Below the pieces are notes generated by a model, which saw nothing but the letters and a program-made list of their open reading frames with translations, was not told where the DNA came from and ran no database searches. Made by a program: the position numbers and the translations under genes. From Tubulanus polymorphus (taxonomy: Eukaryota; Animalia; Nemertea), in NCBI RefSeq assembly GCF_964204645.1, contig NC_134029.1, positions 23,740,950 through 23,804,949 on the forward strand: a stretch of 64,000 nucleotides of DNA. The letters are read 5' to 3'. Numbering within the stretch: position 1 is the stretch's first letter; the number at the start of each line of letters is the position of its first letter. Shown here in pieces: positions 19,197 to 31,797 of the stretch.

Positions 19197-21871
19197 TCTA
19201 TATATTTCACTTAGCATGATTGTTTTGAATCGACGTTATAGAAAAACGAGGCCGAAAAGTTTCCTTGAGCTGTTATCTTTTTCGACGTTTCGCCTTCAAG
19301 TCATCTTCAATTGGACTCTTTATTCGTATCAAATTATTGTAACAATGTATTCAGGTGATAGTTAGTCTGCGTCAGTTACTAAGAAATCGCAAGGTGCGCA
19401 CACATGTTATCAGGATGTATCTGAAATTGACATTCGCGACAAGTATTTCATCGATTATTCGGAGCAGAATTACTAGACACAAAAGACGACAGAAAATTAC
19501 AATAATTTTTACATACGTAATGAGTATTTGTTTTCTAATAGGCACAGCACACGTAGTCCTGTAACTGAAGCTGAAATTTACGCAGTTATTCAAGAATCAA
19601 ATGTCTTTCGACGCGGAAGTCAATATTGGCTTAATCTAAAAAATGACACCTGAAGCAACAGCGCGATGGTTCATCGTTTATCGCGCGAAATAAACACTAC
19701 TAGTCGTTTATTAGGTAAATCAAATACAGAACACGAAACAGACATCTTTCGGTTCGTAACCAACAGCGTTAAACGTTTACCTCCAATAAGGCTTATTTTC
19801 GTTCTTTCAGTGCAAGTACTGGTGAAACTCTTTTATAACCGCTTTTACATTACGATATTTTGAACTGATGTTGGTCCGTTCCAAGGGTCCGTTCTAAATT
19901 CTACGACCGTCTAAATGGTAACTTAGGTTATTAATTGCCTGTCAATGTGTTGCGTGTAGGTGGACTAGCTGATTTAAAAACGTGTTGATCCGTTCTAAAT
20001 CAGTCTATTCCAGGTAGGGACCAAATTAGCGACAGCACAAAGACGGCTTATGTTTCTAAGCAAACTTTGGATATGCGTGATGTACGGACTTGTACCACGA
20101 CATGTTCCGTTAATCCTTTCGTTTATTCTTCTCTGCACCCTCTATTCTCTGAGATTGGGATTTAGATTCAGCCAATTAGGATTAATCCCCCTCGAGGATA
20201 TCCACGGTGGAACTACAGTCGTCGCTGGCTTTTACGAGATAGGAAAGTGTTCGCACAATATCACTTCCGAGCAAGACATCGATATTTCAACTTGCGTCCA
20301 GAATGAAATATGAATTATATTCCTATTATTTTTCTCTTTGATTTCGTTCTGGTTTTGATCAGATGTAAAACAATTCTTTCTCTCGGTTCAGTAATTTTTC
20401 TCATCGATCAATGACAAAACGAGAAACAGCTACACGTGAAAGAAATACGAGATAGAGATTCGAGATAATTATTGAAATACAGATCAAGGTTCTATCTCAG
20501 AGTCTTTTGTATTTATGATATTTGTCCATCGATTTTTCAGAATAATAAATGCAGTAGCAGTAGCAGACAGTAAGTAAAATGCCACGTGACGCTGTCTTTT
20601 CAATTTTCCTTGCGCGCAGTATTCAAAGTAAGTATTTACATATATACCAGTATAGGAAATCCGCTGACAGTTTTTTTTTTCATTAAAGATACATTTCATA
20701 GTTTGTCAAACGTGAACGAGGTAGTCATATTCAACTGGTAAATAGATATCTCTCGATCAATGCAAGCATTTCATTTCATTTCAAACTCCATGCATTGAAC
20801 TTAGTCACGAGATGTGTCCCTTTCACGCATAGAAGTTATTATCCCATAATTATAGATTGACATGAACGGCGGAATTCATTGAAAATTAAAAATTACTAGA
20901 AATATCATGCGTGGTTACCAAGCGGGTATTGTGATTTTCACTGATTCATAGAAGTATTAGTAAGCAAAAATACATAAGAGCTAATTGGATTGTTATACTC
21001 ATTATTTTCAGGCATTTTGGTCGCCCACCTATAAAACTGTTAAAAAGCTAGTTATTTAACATATTTCGTTACCCGATAGAAATAACATGAAATCCGTTGT
21101 TTGATTTATGCTACGTTTACAGCTACGGAATCTCGACTATCTGGTAATTAACCGTAACGATCTCAGGTGTCGTCGACGACCCCCCCCCACCCAGCACGGC
21201 TGACACGAGCGGCTTACACTGCTGCAAATACTATAACCGTTATCACATATTTTCGATTTTCGCCGTATGACGAAATCAAATTAAAACCTTATTACGACCA
21301 ACATCTGTGTCACTAAAATCTGAGAGCTATTCAGTACAGTAAGCAATTCAGCTGAACAACGAACGCGTTCTCTTATGAATTGATTTGATATTGACCATTC
21401 CATGGGCGTTGATAGGAATTCCTATTCAGTCAAGGCTTATCGAAGAGAATTTCAATTTTCTCTCGTATTAGATCTCGACATGGTCTGATACACGCTGAGA
21501 CTTGTTTTCAATATGACAAGTGATACTTTTGTTTCAACTTGCTTACCGACCGCTATGTGAGGGTTCATTGTGATTCAATTTACAGCGAATGATTCATGTT
21601 GTCAGTATAACGATCTATTCTATTCTATTCTACGCTATGAATATTATAAGTTTACAGGATACTAAATAAACGGAAAAGAGATGAAATTTCTCAGACACTT
21701 TGGTGTAGATAACAATTGTGAGAATATATTGTTATGGAATTGATAGCACACGGGGAAAAAAGTTCATATTTCATATTTGTTAAATTATCTGTTAGTTTGG
21801 GTATATTCTAGAATTCTAGTTCTAGGTGTCCTTTTCGAATAGCGTTATCAACGTCGATGTACCAGACGAAT

Positions 21872-22243
21872 AGCTCACAGCTCACAGCTCTCAGCTCACA
21901 GCTCACAACTCACAGCTCACAGCTCACAGCTCACAGCTCTCAGCTCACAGCTCACAGCTCACAACTCACAGCTCACAGCTCACAGCTCTCACCTCACAGC
22001 TCACAGCTCACAGCTCACAGCTCACAGCTCACAGCTCACAGCTCACTGCTCATCACAGCTCACAGCTCACAGCTCACAGCTCACTGCTCATCACAGCTCA
22101 CAGCTCTCAGCTCTCAGCTCTCAGCTCTCAACTCTCAGCTCTCAGCTCTCAGCTCTCAGCTCACAGCTCACAGCTCTCAGCTCTCAGCTCACAACTCACA
22201 GCTCACAGCGCACAGCTCACAGCTCACAGCTCACAGTTCACAG
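21872..22243. repeat. Heptamer tandem repeat (CACAGCT/CTCAGCT)n, ~53 units
   Basis: Directly visible; it explains the low-complexity ORF 21857-22270. Confidence 0.97.
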
Positions 22244-25200
22244 GCTGGATTATTTTCCGATGGCAAATAAATTCTAGTATATTGTGACTATTTTCTCTGA
22301 ACATGCATCAGTAACATATGATATCAGATCAGATGGCAATTCTTTGAGTATATTATATACCTCACATTCACAACGGATGAAATAACATTCACAGAGAACG
22401 TGTTCCAAATGTCGACTTATGATTCGATTCATTCCGGGAATTGATTCTTCTCTTTATACATTTCTTTCCTCTAATTTGTTTCTATGATTTTCTATCATGA
22501 AGCTGTTATTTTCTGTTTTGTCATTTCGTTGGAAGATTTCTTTTTCAGTCAAAAATACATCAGTCACTGGTTTACTTACGCCTTTCAACAAAAATAATAC
22601 AAAATCTAAAAGAGCTTCGGTCTTTTGATATGCGCACTCTAATTGGCCTCAGGTGTCAATCGATTCTCAAATTTTTCTAACATAGAATGTCAACTAATAC
22701 CATATCGTTATGTGTTACCCTTGACATTCTATCGACAATGACAAACGCAAAGTTGAACATCTGATACGGCATTGAAATTTCCTTTATCTTCATAACAAAT
22801 TCATATGGATGGCGATCGTTGATGATCTTTTAGTACGAATTATCGTTGATCTATACAACGAATAACTCGTATTTCCCGACCATTCCCAGGGGTGTGCTTG
22901 TTAGGAAATGTATCTGGCACAAAAACGCACGTCAATATTACAAAACAGATACAACGTTAATCCGTGACATAAAAACATCATCGTATTGCAATTTTCGGCT
23001 GAATAAATTATTAATCTGTATCTATTCTATGTTTTATGGAATCTGGGTCCTCTATGTGACAGCCTGCCTTGAAAATAAGAGAATTTCGTCTTTTTTCTTC
23101 TCTAGGCAAATAGACGAATGACCAAAGACTTATTGGCAGCAGTGGCGGTAATGAATTTTCTACCCAAATGAGCAGAAAATATTTAGTCACCAGACAAATG
23201 CGCGTACAAGATCGATTTGGCATTCATCATTCGGTTGGGCCCAGCACGAGGGAAAGAATATTGCGGCCACAGCGAGTGTCTACAAGACGAATCGAATGAC
23301 ATTCATTTTCATCGCAACAAAAATGCGAACACTTCATCAATACAAACCATATTGCGCTATTTTATGGCTATAGTTTTGTCTATTTTTCCCTACTTCATTA
23401 ACAATTAAAAAGATATAAACCGAACGTTTCCTGTTAATGATTATTTTTACGAGTCGCTTTGTACATCTTTAACACGCGCGTGTTTTGATGGGATCTCTCG
23501 TTAGAAACAGCACGTATTAGCGAACTCATCAGTATCTCTCCGTCTCTGTCTCTCATAGCGATCTAACTCGGATACCTACAGTATCCAGAGAACATGCTCA
23601 TATACAAAACCTCATCACAAGATTTTCCCACGCACAACACGATGTTTTCAATTTACTCTCGGTTGTGACACTATAGAAGTTAACGCCGATTTACGATATA
23701 TCGGGGATGATATAGCTCACAGCGATATTGACATCAGAAACCATCAGCTAAATGGTCCATTTGATCGTTCTACGGCGAGTCATACGGGAGCGTTTATCGC
23801 TAGGAGATGTGTGTGAATTGCTAACGAAAAAAAAACCTGATTGACCAGACTGATGACCATACGCGCATATTCTCACCTACACGATAACAGATGATTGATT
23901 GACATCAGAAATGTTAGGACATGTTTGTTTGATTGGTCATCATGCTTCCGATAGTATCAACTATGGTTTTCGTCAATTTTAATCCCTACGACATCTTCGA
24001 CAGCTGGTTCCAGAACTGATTCTCTTTAAGCATTATTTAATATCGAGTGAGGTGATTTACGTGTGAGCGTGCTCTCTTATTAGGCACGGACCGAATTTGG
24101 CTCGGGCCTGATCCGTGCCAATTTGGCCCGGGCCTGATCCGTGCCAATTTTGCCCTGGCCAAATCGTCTCCGTGTGATCGCGGCTTATTATGTTTGTACC
24201 AATATTCAACACAAATTACAACTCAACGCTGTGATTTTTAAATAAATTAAATGAAAAATTTTTAGAACAGTTATTCATATTTTGAAAACCAACGAACAAA
24301 ACACTTGGCTTTAATTAATATGTGCGATTCAACATGAAAATGTCTGTTACGAAATCCGCTTACTATTGCACAATACAGTTAACAATAAGTCCGTATAAAC
24401 TGAATATTGAATGTAAAAAACCTAGTGGTACTCAAAAACATATGGCTCTAGTTAAATAAATTGTCAACACTATTTGCTGTACGTCTGGGAGTCTAATAAA
24501 AGCGTCTATTAGATGAATGCCAATATATCGTACTTACAACCCTAAAACTGGAGAAGTTCAAGAAGAAATATGAGATCTATAATTAGGGTGTTTTAGGGGG
24601 TCCTGGGCCCCTGCTCCGTGAGCGAAAATTCTCAGTTACTGATATCAATCATATCAACGATGAAATTAACCACAATTTAAATCTTTATCGATTGCTGTTT
24701 CAATTACTGTAGGTATGCACACATTTTTGTTGAGCGTCAAATTTTCGGAGAATACAATTTTTCATCGAAATATTTGAAAAAATTATATCTGGAAAAACAG
24801 TGCGCTTAAACTTCCTCCGCTCACTGGAACCGCCCGTGCTAATGATTCATAATTTGGATGAGCAAAACAAAAGGAATTTTCACATATGGTATCATAAACA
24901 ATTTTATTGGATAGACGAATAAACAAACCGTTCTTACTGATAGACGACAATCGTGCGACGTTAATTTCAAATTTACTATTGAGGGTCATCTCTGCAGGTC
25001 CTATCGTACATGAAACCGATTTATGAAAAAAGAATCCTGCTATAATGCTGAATCCAGGGTAACAATATGGCAGAAGTTTTATCAGTAGCTTCAATGAATA
25101 ATAGAAAAACAATTACTAATGATCTACAACTGACGAGTGATGATCCATTAGACAAATTAAATAGATTGAATATTGTCGTTTATTCATTCAGTCTTTAATT

Positions 25201-26653
25201 TTTTCCCCATATTTTCCCTATATTGATTCTAACATTCATTTGAACTTTAAAAAGTCGACGCATGAAAAATTGAGCGTGTTTCGCGTTTGAACTGCAGTAT
25301 ACAGTAAGTCTACGCATTCGGTTTTTAGCAACTCGTGAATAAGAGTTCTCAAACGGATACGTTTACGGAAATTCGCAAGTGCGCTGTTGTAACTACAACT
25401 CAACGACTTCAAAGCATCTATAATGAAACCTTACATTCAGTTCAACTATTACTACCGGCATTGTCGTCGGCGTCGTCGTCGTCAATTGACGACTCGGTTA
25501 CTTTTATAGTCGGCTAATGTTGTGAAACTGACTAGAGCTCATTAGCCGCCACATTATTACCCTTCCTACTATTGTCTTAACGTTTTACGACGTAAGAATT
25601 TGTTTTGTATAATTCATACCGGCATTTTATACGGAGAATAATGCGGAAACTGAGCTTGCAGATATTATTTATATTGATGTGATTGATTGTAGTTTTCGTA
25701 GTTCAAACCCTACGGTATAGAATTGATTATTACAGCGTTACAGCGTTACTATAAGCAATATGTACATGTAAAACGGTATGCAGACTATAGACATGTTTAA
25801 ATCATATGCTGACAATTTCACTGAATTAATCAAGCGTATTTAACACAATATGTCACACTCAGTATCGAGAGATAGAAACTCGAGTCATTATTCTCTCTTG
25901 ATAATTCCAATACAGTCTCATTGATTTAATGACATTACAAGCGATTGATTAGCGCTTGAGATAATCCGTTCAGTCCATTACTGACTGCGACCAGAAAACG
26001 CTAATCCCATTAACTACTCAAATATTCAACTAGAAATTACTGATTATGATTCGACAGTCAAAAATGTCGAACATTCCATAGTTTTATTATGATGATATAG
26101 TATTTTTGAATCTAATATAGTGTTTTTCGTGAATTAGACGGCTCTGTATTTCTTCAATGGCCAAATATTTGTTGTAATGTGTTTGTAATTGTAAATATTA
26201 GGGAGGGAAATGAAAAGAATATAACGCGGTTGTCGAATTTTGGTAAATAATTGATTGCCCAGGTGCCCGGTTTGCAGGTGCGACCATTAAAAGCAAAGTC
26301 TATTTTATTGTATCGCGGTATAAGAGAAAACCTATACAAACTCAAGACATGTGAGAAACTCAGCAGAGTACAATGAAACAATGTTTTTACCCTAAAGGAT
26401 TTCATTAATAATGAATAGAATATCGTAGGAAATAGCTAGCTTACGAGAGCCATTAACAAAATTCTCCCCTTCTCGACATCGCTCTGCTTAATATACATAC
26501 ACATTGAGATAACGTGAAATAAAACCGATTCAAGATTTTTGAAGCAAATAAATATTTCGTTGAAATACAAAATACATATGGAATGGAACGGGTTTGTTGT
26601 TGAAATAGAAAGAAAACATCAATTCATTACAACAATAAATTCATCAGACCTAC

Positions 26654-26705
26654 CTTTCAAAAACATCGTGTCCAGAAAACAGCGTTTCTGCGAAGAACGT
26701 CTGGT
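26654..26705 (-). other. Candidate 52-nt upstream exon of the Largen-like gene
   Basis: Minus strand gatgttttag|accaga...ATGTTTTTGAAAG|gtaggt. Splice-site motifs only; there is no transcript evidence. Confidence 0.3.
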
Positions 26706-28195
26706 CTAAAACATCGATTGAATAATTCGTATTTTTGTATGTGATATTTTTCAATACATATATTCCCCAGTGAGAAGCGTCGATAGGGAGAGAGAACTGT
26801 TTTCGATGTGTCACTGCCCACCTGTACGTCGCGACTGTTACGGAGTTAACTGACGTAGCTTGCTATATCGACGCGCAGTCACAGGAAAGAGTACTGGTTT
26901 TAGAATCAATAAATCCGTCATCAGATACCGAACTGACACAACAATCAATCCATCTGTAAAACTCTGTTTATCTCTTTACAGCCTCGGAACAAACATCGCT
27001 TCCATCATAAATATTTCTCGAATTTTCAAAATCATCATTTTTATGTCCCGTTTCTGAGAATTAATTAACTGTTTGCGAATCGTGTTCGTCATTTAAACAA
27101 TGATTACCACGTGACAATTGAACTCTATACAAGTCATGTTTGTTTGATTATTACCGGGAATATTTGTGTTTTATGAACTTCAAAAATGTTTCTAATCCCA
27201 TGACCTTTAGTCCCGCGATGCTTTGATCAGTAATTTTCGCGTCGACGTCAATACGACAATGGGGCGCGTTTAACTCAATGACAGACCTTTCTCGAATATT
27301 CGTTCTACCTGACACAGAAACCATGAAAAAAACATAAGTTTAGTTTTTCATGAGGTAAAGAAAACGTGACAGGATCAAGTACTTCATTTAATTAAAACGA
27401 CTTCAACGAAAGAAAAGGTCGTTTGTTTTTTCAAACTGCTCTTTGCAAAATAGATTGCAAGCTGGGGACCACATCTTTCAGCGATAAATGAAGATAAACG
27501 GGGTATTTCAGCACGTCAGAGGTAGTTACAGCAAAATTTACATCGACTGCTGTGACACGAAGACGTGAATCGGCGGCACTCGACACGTGGGGTATAAAAC
27601 TACGATACTTCACCGACAAATTATAGCCATCGGCGACGACACACATAGAGAATATACCGCGTGTCGTAATGAAAACTATCGAATTAACGCCGAAAGATGA
27701 TAATTTCCACTGCGGAGCAAAATAAATGACATTAGTCAATCCGACGAGATTGGAGTAAATAAAAGACGGGTTATCTATTCGAATGCACACGTTAGGAAAT
27801 TCGTCTGCTCCGAATGAAGACTGATTACCGTCATCTAATCAGTATTGTATTAATACGCCACCGACTATAGTGATTGTTAGCGTGTTCGACTCCTATTAAT
27901 CTAATATTCCATCAAAGTAACACGAGACCCGTCTCGACGACTGTAAAACCCCCGTAGTTTTTAATTAATGCGATTAATATAATGGAGGATTTATTTTTTC
28001 GTGTTTGAGGAGAAAATTTCGCGGACTTTGTCGATAATACGGGAAACATTGGCGAATTCTGATCAATCGATCAAATTCAATCATAATTTTCATTCGTCTA
28101 TGATAATTCGCTAACGTCGACGCGCTTTAGGTTCCTTTCGGGCATTCTTTTGAAGTTACGATCGAAACGAATGAAAATAGCCGTTTTCACAACAG

Positions 28196-28406
28196 AATCC
28201 ACAGTTCCACAGTTCCGAGTTAAGAGAGAGTTGACTCATCGAAAATGAACTGAACCCAGTTCCACAGTTATGAGTTAGAGTTAACTCTTGAGTTAAAGTT
28301 TGTTCATTTCAATGAGTTAACTCCGACTCAAACCTTAACTCACAACTGTGGACAACTGGACCCTGATTCTTAACTCGGAGCTAACTCACATCTGTGGAAC
28401 TGGATC
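28196..28406. mobile_element. Harbinger-like MITE carrying a second copy of the same family (28253-28362) inserted in opposite orientation
   Basis: The inner element AACCCAGTTCCACAGTT...AACTGGACC is flanked by CTG/CTG (28250-52, 28363-65). Removing it rejoins ...aaaatgaactg|attcttaactc... of the outer copy. A third copy lies at 28623-28733. Confidence 0.75.
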
Positions 28407-29180
28407 CTGGTCGTGGATATACGTGACTTGTCGAGAAAATAGAAATATGAATATTTCATTCATCGATTTTTACTTTGTAAGAAGACGCGCATGATGCAGA
28501 TTTCATGAAGTATTTTTTAAATCTTGTTGTCGTGATTATGTTTTCGCTATGCAGTTCCGGTCGTCTGAATAGAAAGAAAAATGTCAAAGACAAGATCCAG
28601 TTCCTCCAGATCCAGAACTCAGGATCCATCAGTTCCGCAGATCTGAGTTATATTTGACTCTTGAGTTAAAACATTGAAAACGAATTTATTTTAATTCAGA
28701 TTCAACTCCAACTCACCACTGTCGAACCGGGCCCTGGTGATAGCTGCAGATATGGAGATTCTAACCGCTAATGATCGAATGCTTTTTTTCTTCAGTTTCA
28801 AAATGGCGATCGCGTGGACCGATGAGATTAGATTACGTATTTCTGGTGTGGTTTTCTAACTGTGCGCATCACGCTTCATTTGACAATCATCGCCGGTGAT
28901 TTACAAGAGAGAAACAGAAAACAACTTAGAGAACAAACACAACCGTGCGTAAAATCGCCTCAGCGCTCGTTTTGTGACGTATGAGTGTTTGATACCAACG
29001 ACAGCTTGTGAATCGACGAGCTACGACTGTAAACACTTTGAAAAATACCTCGACGAACAGAAAATACCAAACAAGCCCTCTTAGAAACGCATTGATATTT
29101 TTTCGATATGAAAATGTATCCTATATATCTGCTGGGCTTTGTCGTATGAATGTTCCGATTTAAATATCGTCGATGCTTTT

Positions 29181-29313
29181 GGCCATGTGAGACCGCCAGC
29201 GACTCGACGCGATGCTACGACTGCCAGCGACGATCGCAAGACCGGCGATCTACGCATCCTTGCGACCGCCAGCGATCGCTCGACAGGAGAGTCGCCCGTC
29301 TCACACTGTGCCC
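29181..29313. mobile_element. CpG-rich short inverted-repeat element (MITE-like)
   Basis: ggccatgtgagac ... gtctcacactgtgccc imperfect TIRs with a cgac/gcga-rich interior. It accounts for the four overlapping spurious ORFs here. Confidence 0.55.
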
Positions 29314-31204
29314 AATTCCCTTTATTTCCAAGTATTTCATTCACGTATCTACCATTTCTACCAAATCGTGACCTGGAAAACCATAATCGATAGATACCAT
29401 ATAACCATCGAAAGTTGTAACTAGAATCGGTATTTTTTTCTGCTCTGTATATCGGGAATTGATCTCAGTTCCATCGCTGTAATTTGAAAGGGCGAATGTA
29501 TAATTTTCTGGTGACCATCCATCCGTACAAAGCCGTGGAGTAAGTAATTCTTCAAACTGTCTCGCAGTCCTTCAATCCAGTTGATGTATCTTTAGTCGAT
29601 GATAATTTTGCTAATACGTAGCCTTTCAACGACAAGCATACAAATAGAGATGTACGAAACCTGCGGATCCGTAACAAAAGCGCCTTCTTATAAACAACTC
29701 AACCAAACCGATGCGCCTTAATTCCATTAGCCTAAGTACTGCGCATTACCGTTAGATATTAGGATCTGCCTATATAGATCAAAAGAAAAGCTATCGCTTA
29801 TATGTTACATTCCGCTCCTGGCGAAAAAGTCAGATAAACTCGTCGTCAGGAAAAGCCGCCCGTAAAGGGTAACGAGGTCGAATTGTATACACAGTCACAA
29901 TGGCATGGTTTAAGTAACATGGTCTGAACATCCGTGACAATAACGGCCGCGGTAAAGAAGTTTTGACGAAATATATAAAAAGTTCATCGTAGAAAAATAG
30001 ATAAGATATATTAATCAAGAAATTCCATGACTTGAGTCCATGTGAAAATAGACGGTATTACAGCTCGCTCGCATCCCACTCGCATATTACAACACTAAAA
30101 GCAAGAGAATAAATTGCTATTTTCTACCCTGATGGTGAACAACATGCATGTAGTATAGTTGTTATAGTACTCGTACAACACTTGCCAGTGTATAGTTCTT
30201 CAGGACACGCACGCAGAGTCATTTGCGGCAATTTGGCGACATTGGCTTGATTGCAGTGTTATCAACAGGGTCACTTGTGTTTTAATAGAATTAATGTCCT
30301 GCCGTGATTTATAACGTGTAGCGGATGTAGTGTAAAGTGGTTAGAATAACGAACGAGGAAGCATTACAGAGACGTCACAACCGAAAATATGCGGGCAAAC
30401 GTTTACGAAATACCAATTTCGGAAAATATCATTTGTTTTCCACTGTTGATATTTCTAACATTTACCGATTCTATCAGGAACCAGAAGTTTCACAAAATAT
30501 TATTTTTTACAGTTTGCTGTTTAGTTGCAATTTCATATTTTTTTCAATTCAGAAAAAAAATTCAAAATCAAGCGTTTTAAGCTTTAACTTTCGTGTGAGA
30601 CTGGGCCCTGTGAATAAGTATAAGAAGTTGGATGAGAAAATTCTAAACAGTTTGGATGAAGCGAACGTCAAAAGCACGCATGGCTAGTACTACAGGGGGT
30701 AGAATCTGAACGCTGATGATAATTGTGGAAAATACGACTAAATTATCTGAAAAACGGATTCAAAAACTCTCGAATCAATTGATGTGAAAAGTGTGCATTT
30801 ATATGGAAAACTCTTCAAAACGGGCTCTCTGTTATAGTCGCAATTTCATCATGCGTTATTGAACATTTTTAAAACAATTTCAAGTACTTAAAGCCATTTC
30901 TACGCAATTCGCGGATGGAGAACTAGTATTTTCTGAGTGATCTAAATAAGTCAGGAAACTGCTGTTAATAGTTGAACAGTGGCGGGTAATGGTTTTCCGA
31001 TAGTTTACCAATATACGGGACCGGAAATTCGTACTGGAATCTCGATGTGAAATTACAATAATGACGCTTTTTCGTTATATTGTAATTAATTTTACTCGAA
31101 GTGAGCTGATCAGGGCACAACTAGGCTACCGTATCGGACAATGATGCTAAAATCGTGGTATCAATGTTTAAAAAATAGGGCTATACACAGGTATTTACAT
31201 CGTT

Positions 31205-31274
31205 TTCCCTGTGGAGATCGAACCCGGGTCGACGAAATGGAAAACCGAAGTTCTACCATTTAGACCCCATAGGA
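31205..31274 (-). pseudogene. Degenerate tRNA (Glu/Gly-like) or tRNA-derived SINE head
   Basis: TCCTATGGGGTCTAAATGGTAGAAC...GACCCGGGTTCGATCTCCACAGGGAA has A-box-like and B-box-like motifs and a 6/7 acceptor stem. The anticodon stem and 3' T-stem are broken. A T6 run lies 30 nt downstream (31170-31175). Confidence 0.6.
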
Positions 31275-31357
31275 TTCGTGATAAAATTGGAACGGGATTA
31301 TTTTTGTCCCAAACGCCTAAAAATTAAACCTTTTAACTTATTCCGGTTTAGGAATAA

Positions 31358-31797
31358 CCAACTCTCGACCGACCGCTTCTATCAGGTTTACAGATTACAA
31401 ACTCTATACCGGCCACTTCTATCGGGTTTACAGATTACAAACTCTCTACCGGCCGCTTCTATCAGGTTTACAGATTACAAACTCTCTACCGGCCGCTTCT
31501 ATCAGGTTTACAGATTACAAACTCTCTACCGGCCGCTTCTATCAGGTTTACAGATTACAAACTCTCTACCGGCCGCTTCTATCAGGTTTACGGATTACAA
31601 ACTCTCTACCGGCCGCTTCTACCAGGTTTACAGATTACAAACTCTCTACCGGCCGCTTCTATCAGATTTACAGATTACAAACTCTCTACCGGCCGCTTCT
31701 ATCAGGTTTACGGATTACAAACTCTCTACCGGCCGCTTCTACCAGGTTTACAGATTACAAACTCTCTACCGGCCGCTTCTATCAGGTTTACAGATTA
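31358..31797. repeat. 40-bp minisatellite, 11 near-identical copies, continuous with the rest of a dispersed element (to ~31879)
   Basis: Unit caaactctctaccggccgcttctatcaggtttacagatta repeats every 40 nt from 31358 to 31758, with no spacers. Confidence 0.97.

Noticed and set aside
19283-19314. Penelope-type minimal hammerhead core on the minus strand (TTGAAGA-TGAC..GGC-GAAACGTC); a similar partial core at ~14293-14328
   Set aside because: The conserved CTGANGA box is mutated, stem II is weak and there is no stem I pairing. At most these are dead relics.
21857-22270. 137-aa SSQLTAH-repeat ORF
   Set aside because: By-product of a stop-free heptamer satellite; no splice or domain support.
29081-29424. 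Four overlapping ORFs on both strands
   Set aside because: Explained by a CpG-rich MITE lacking stop codons.
31358-31797. CRISPR-like regular 40-bp periodicity and the 211-aa ORF 31278-31913
   Set aside because: Units are head-to-tail with no unique spacers, there are no cas genes, and the context is eukaryotic. The ORF is simply the repeat read through its frames.
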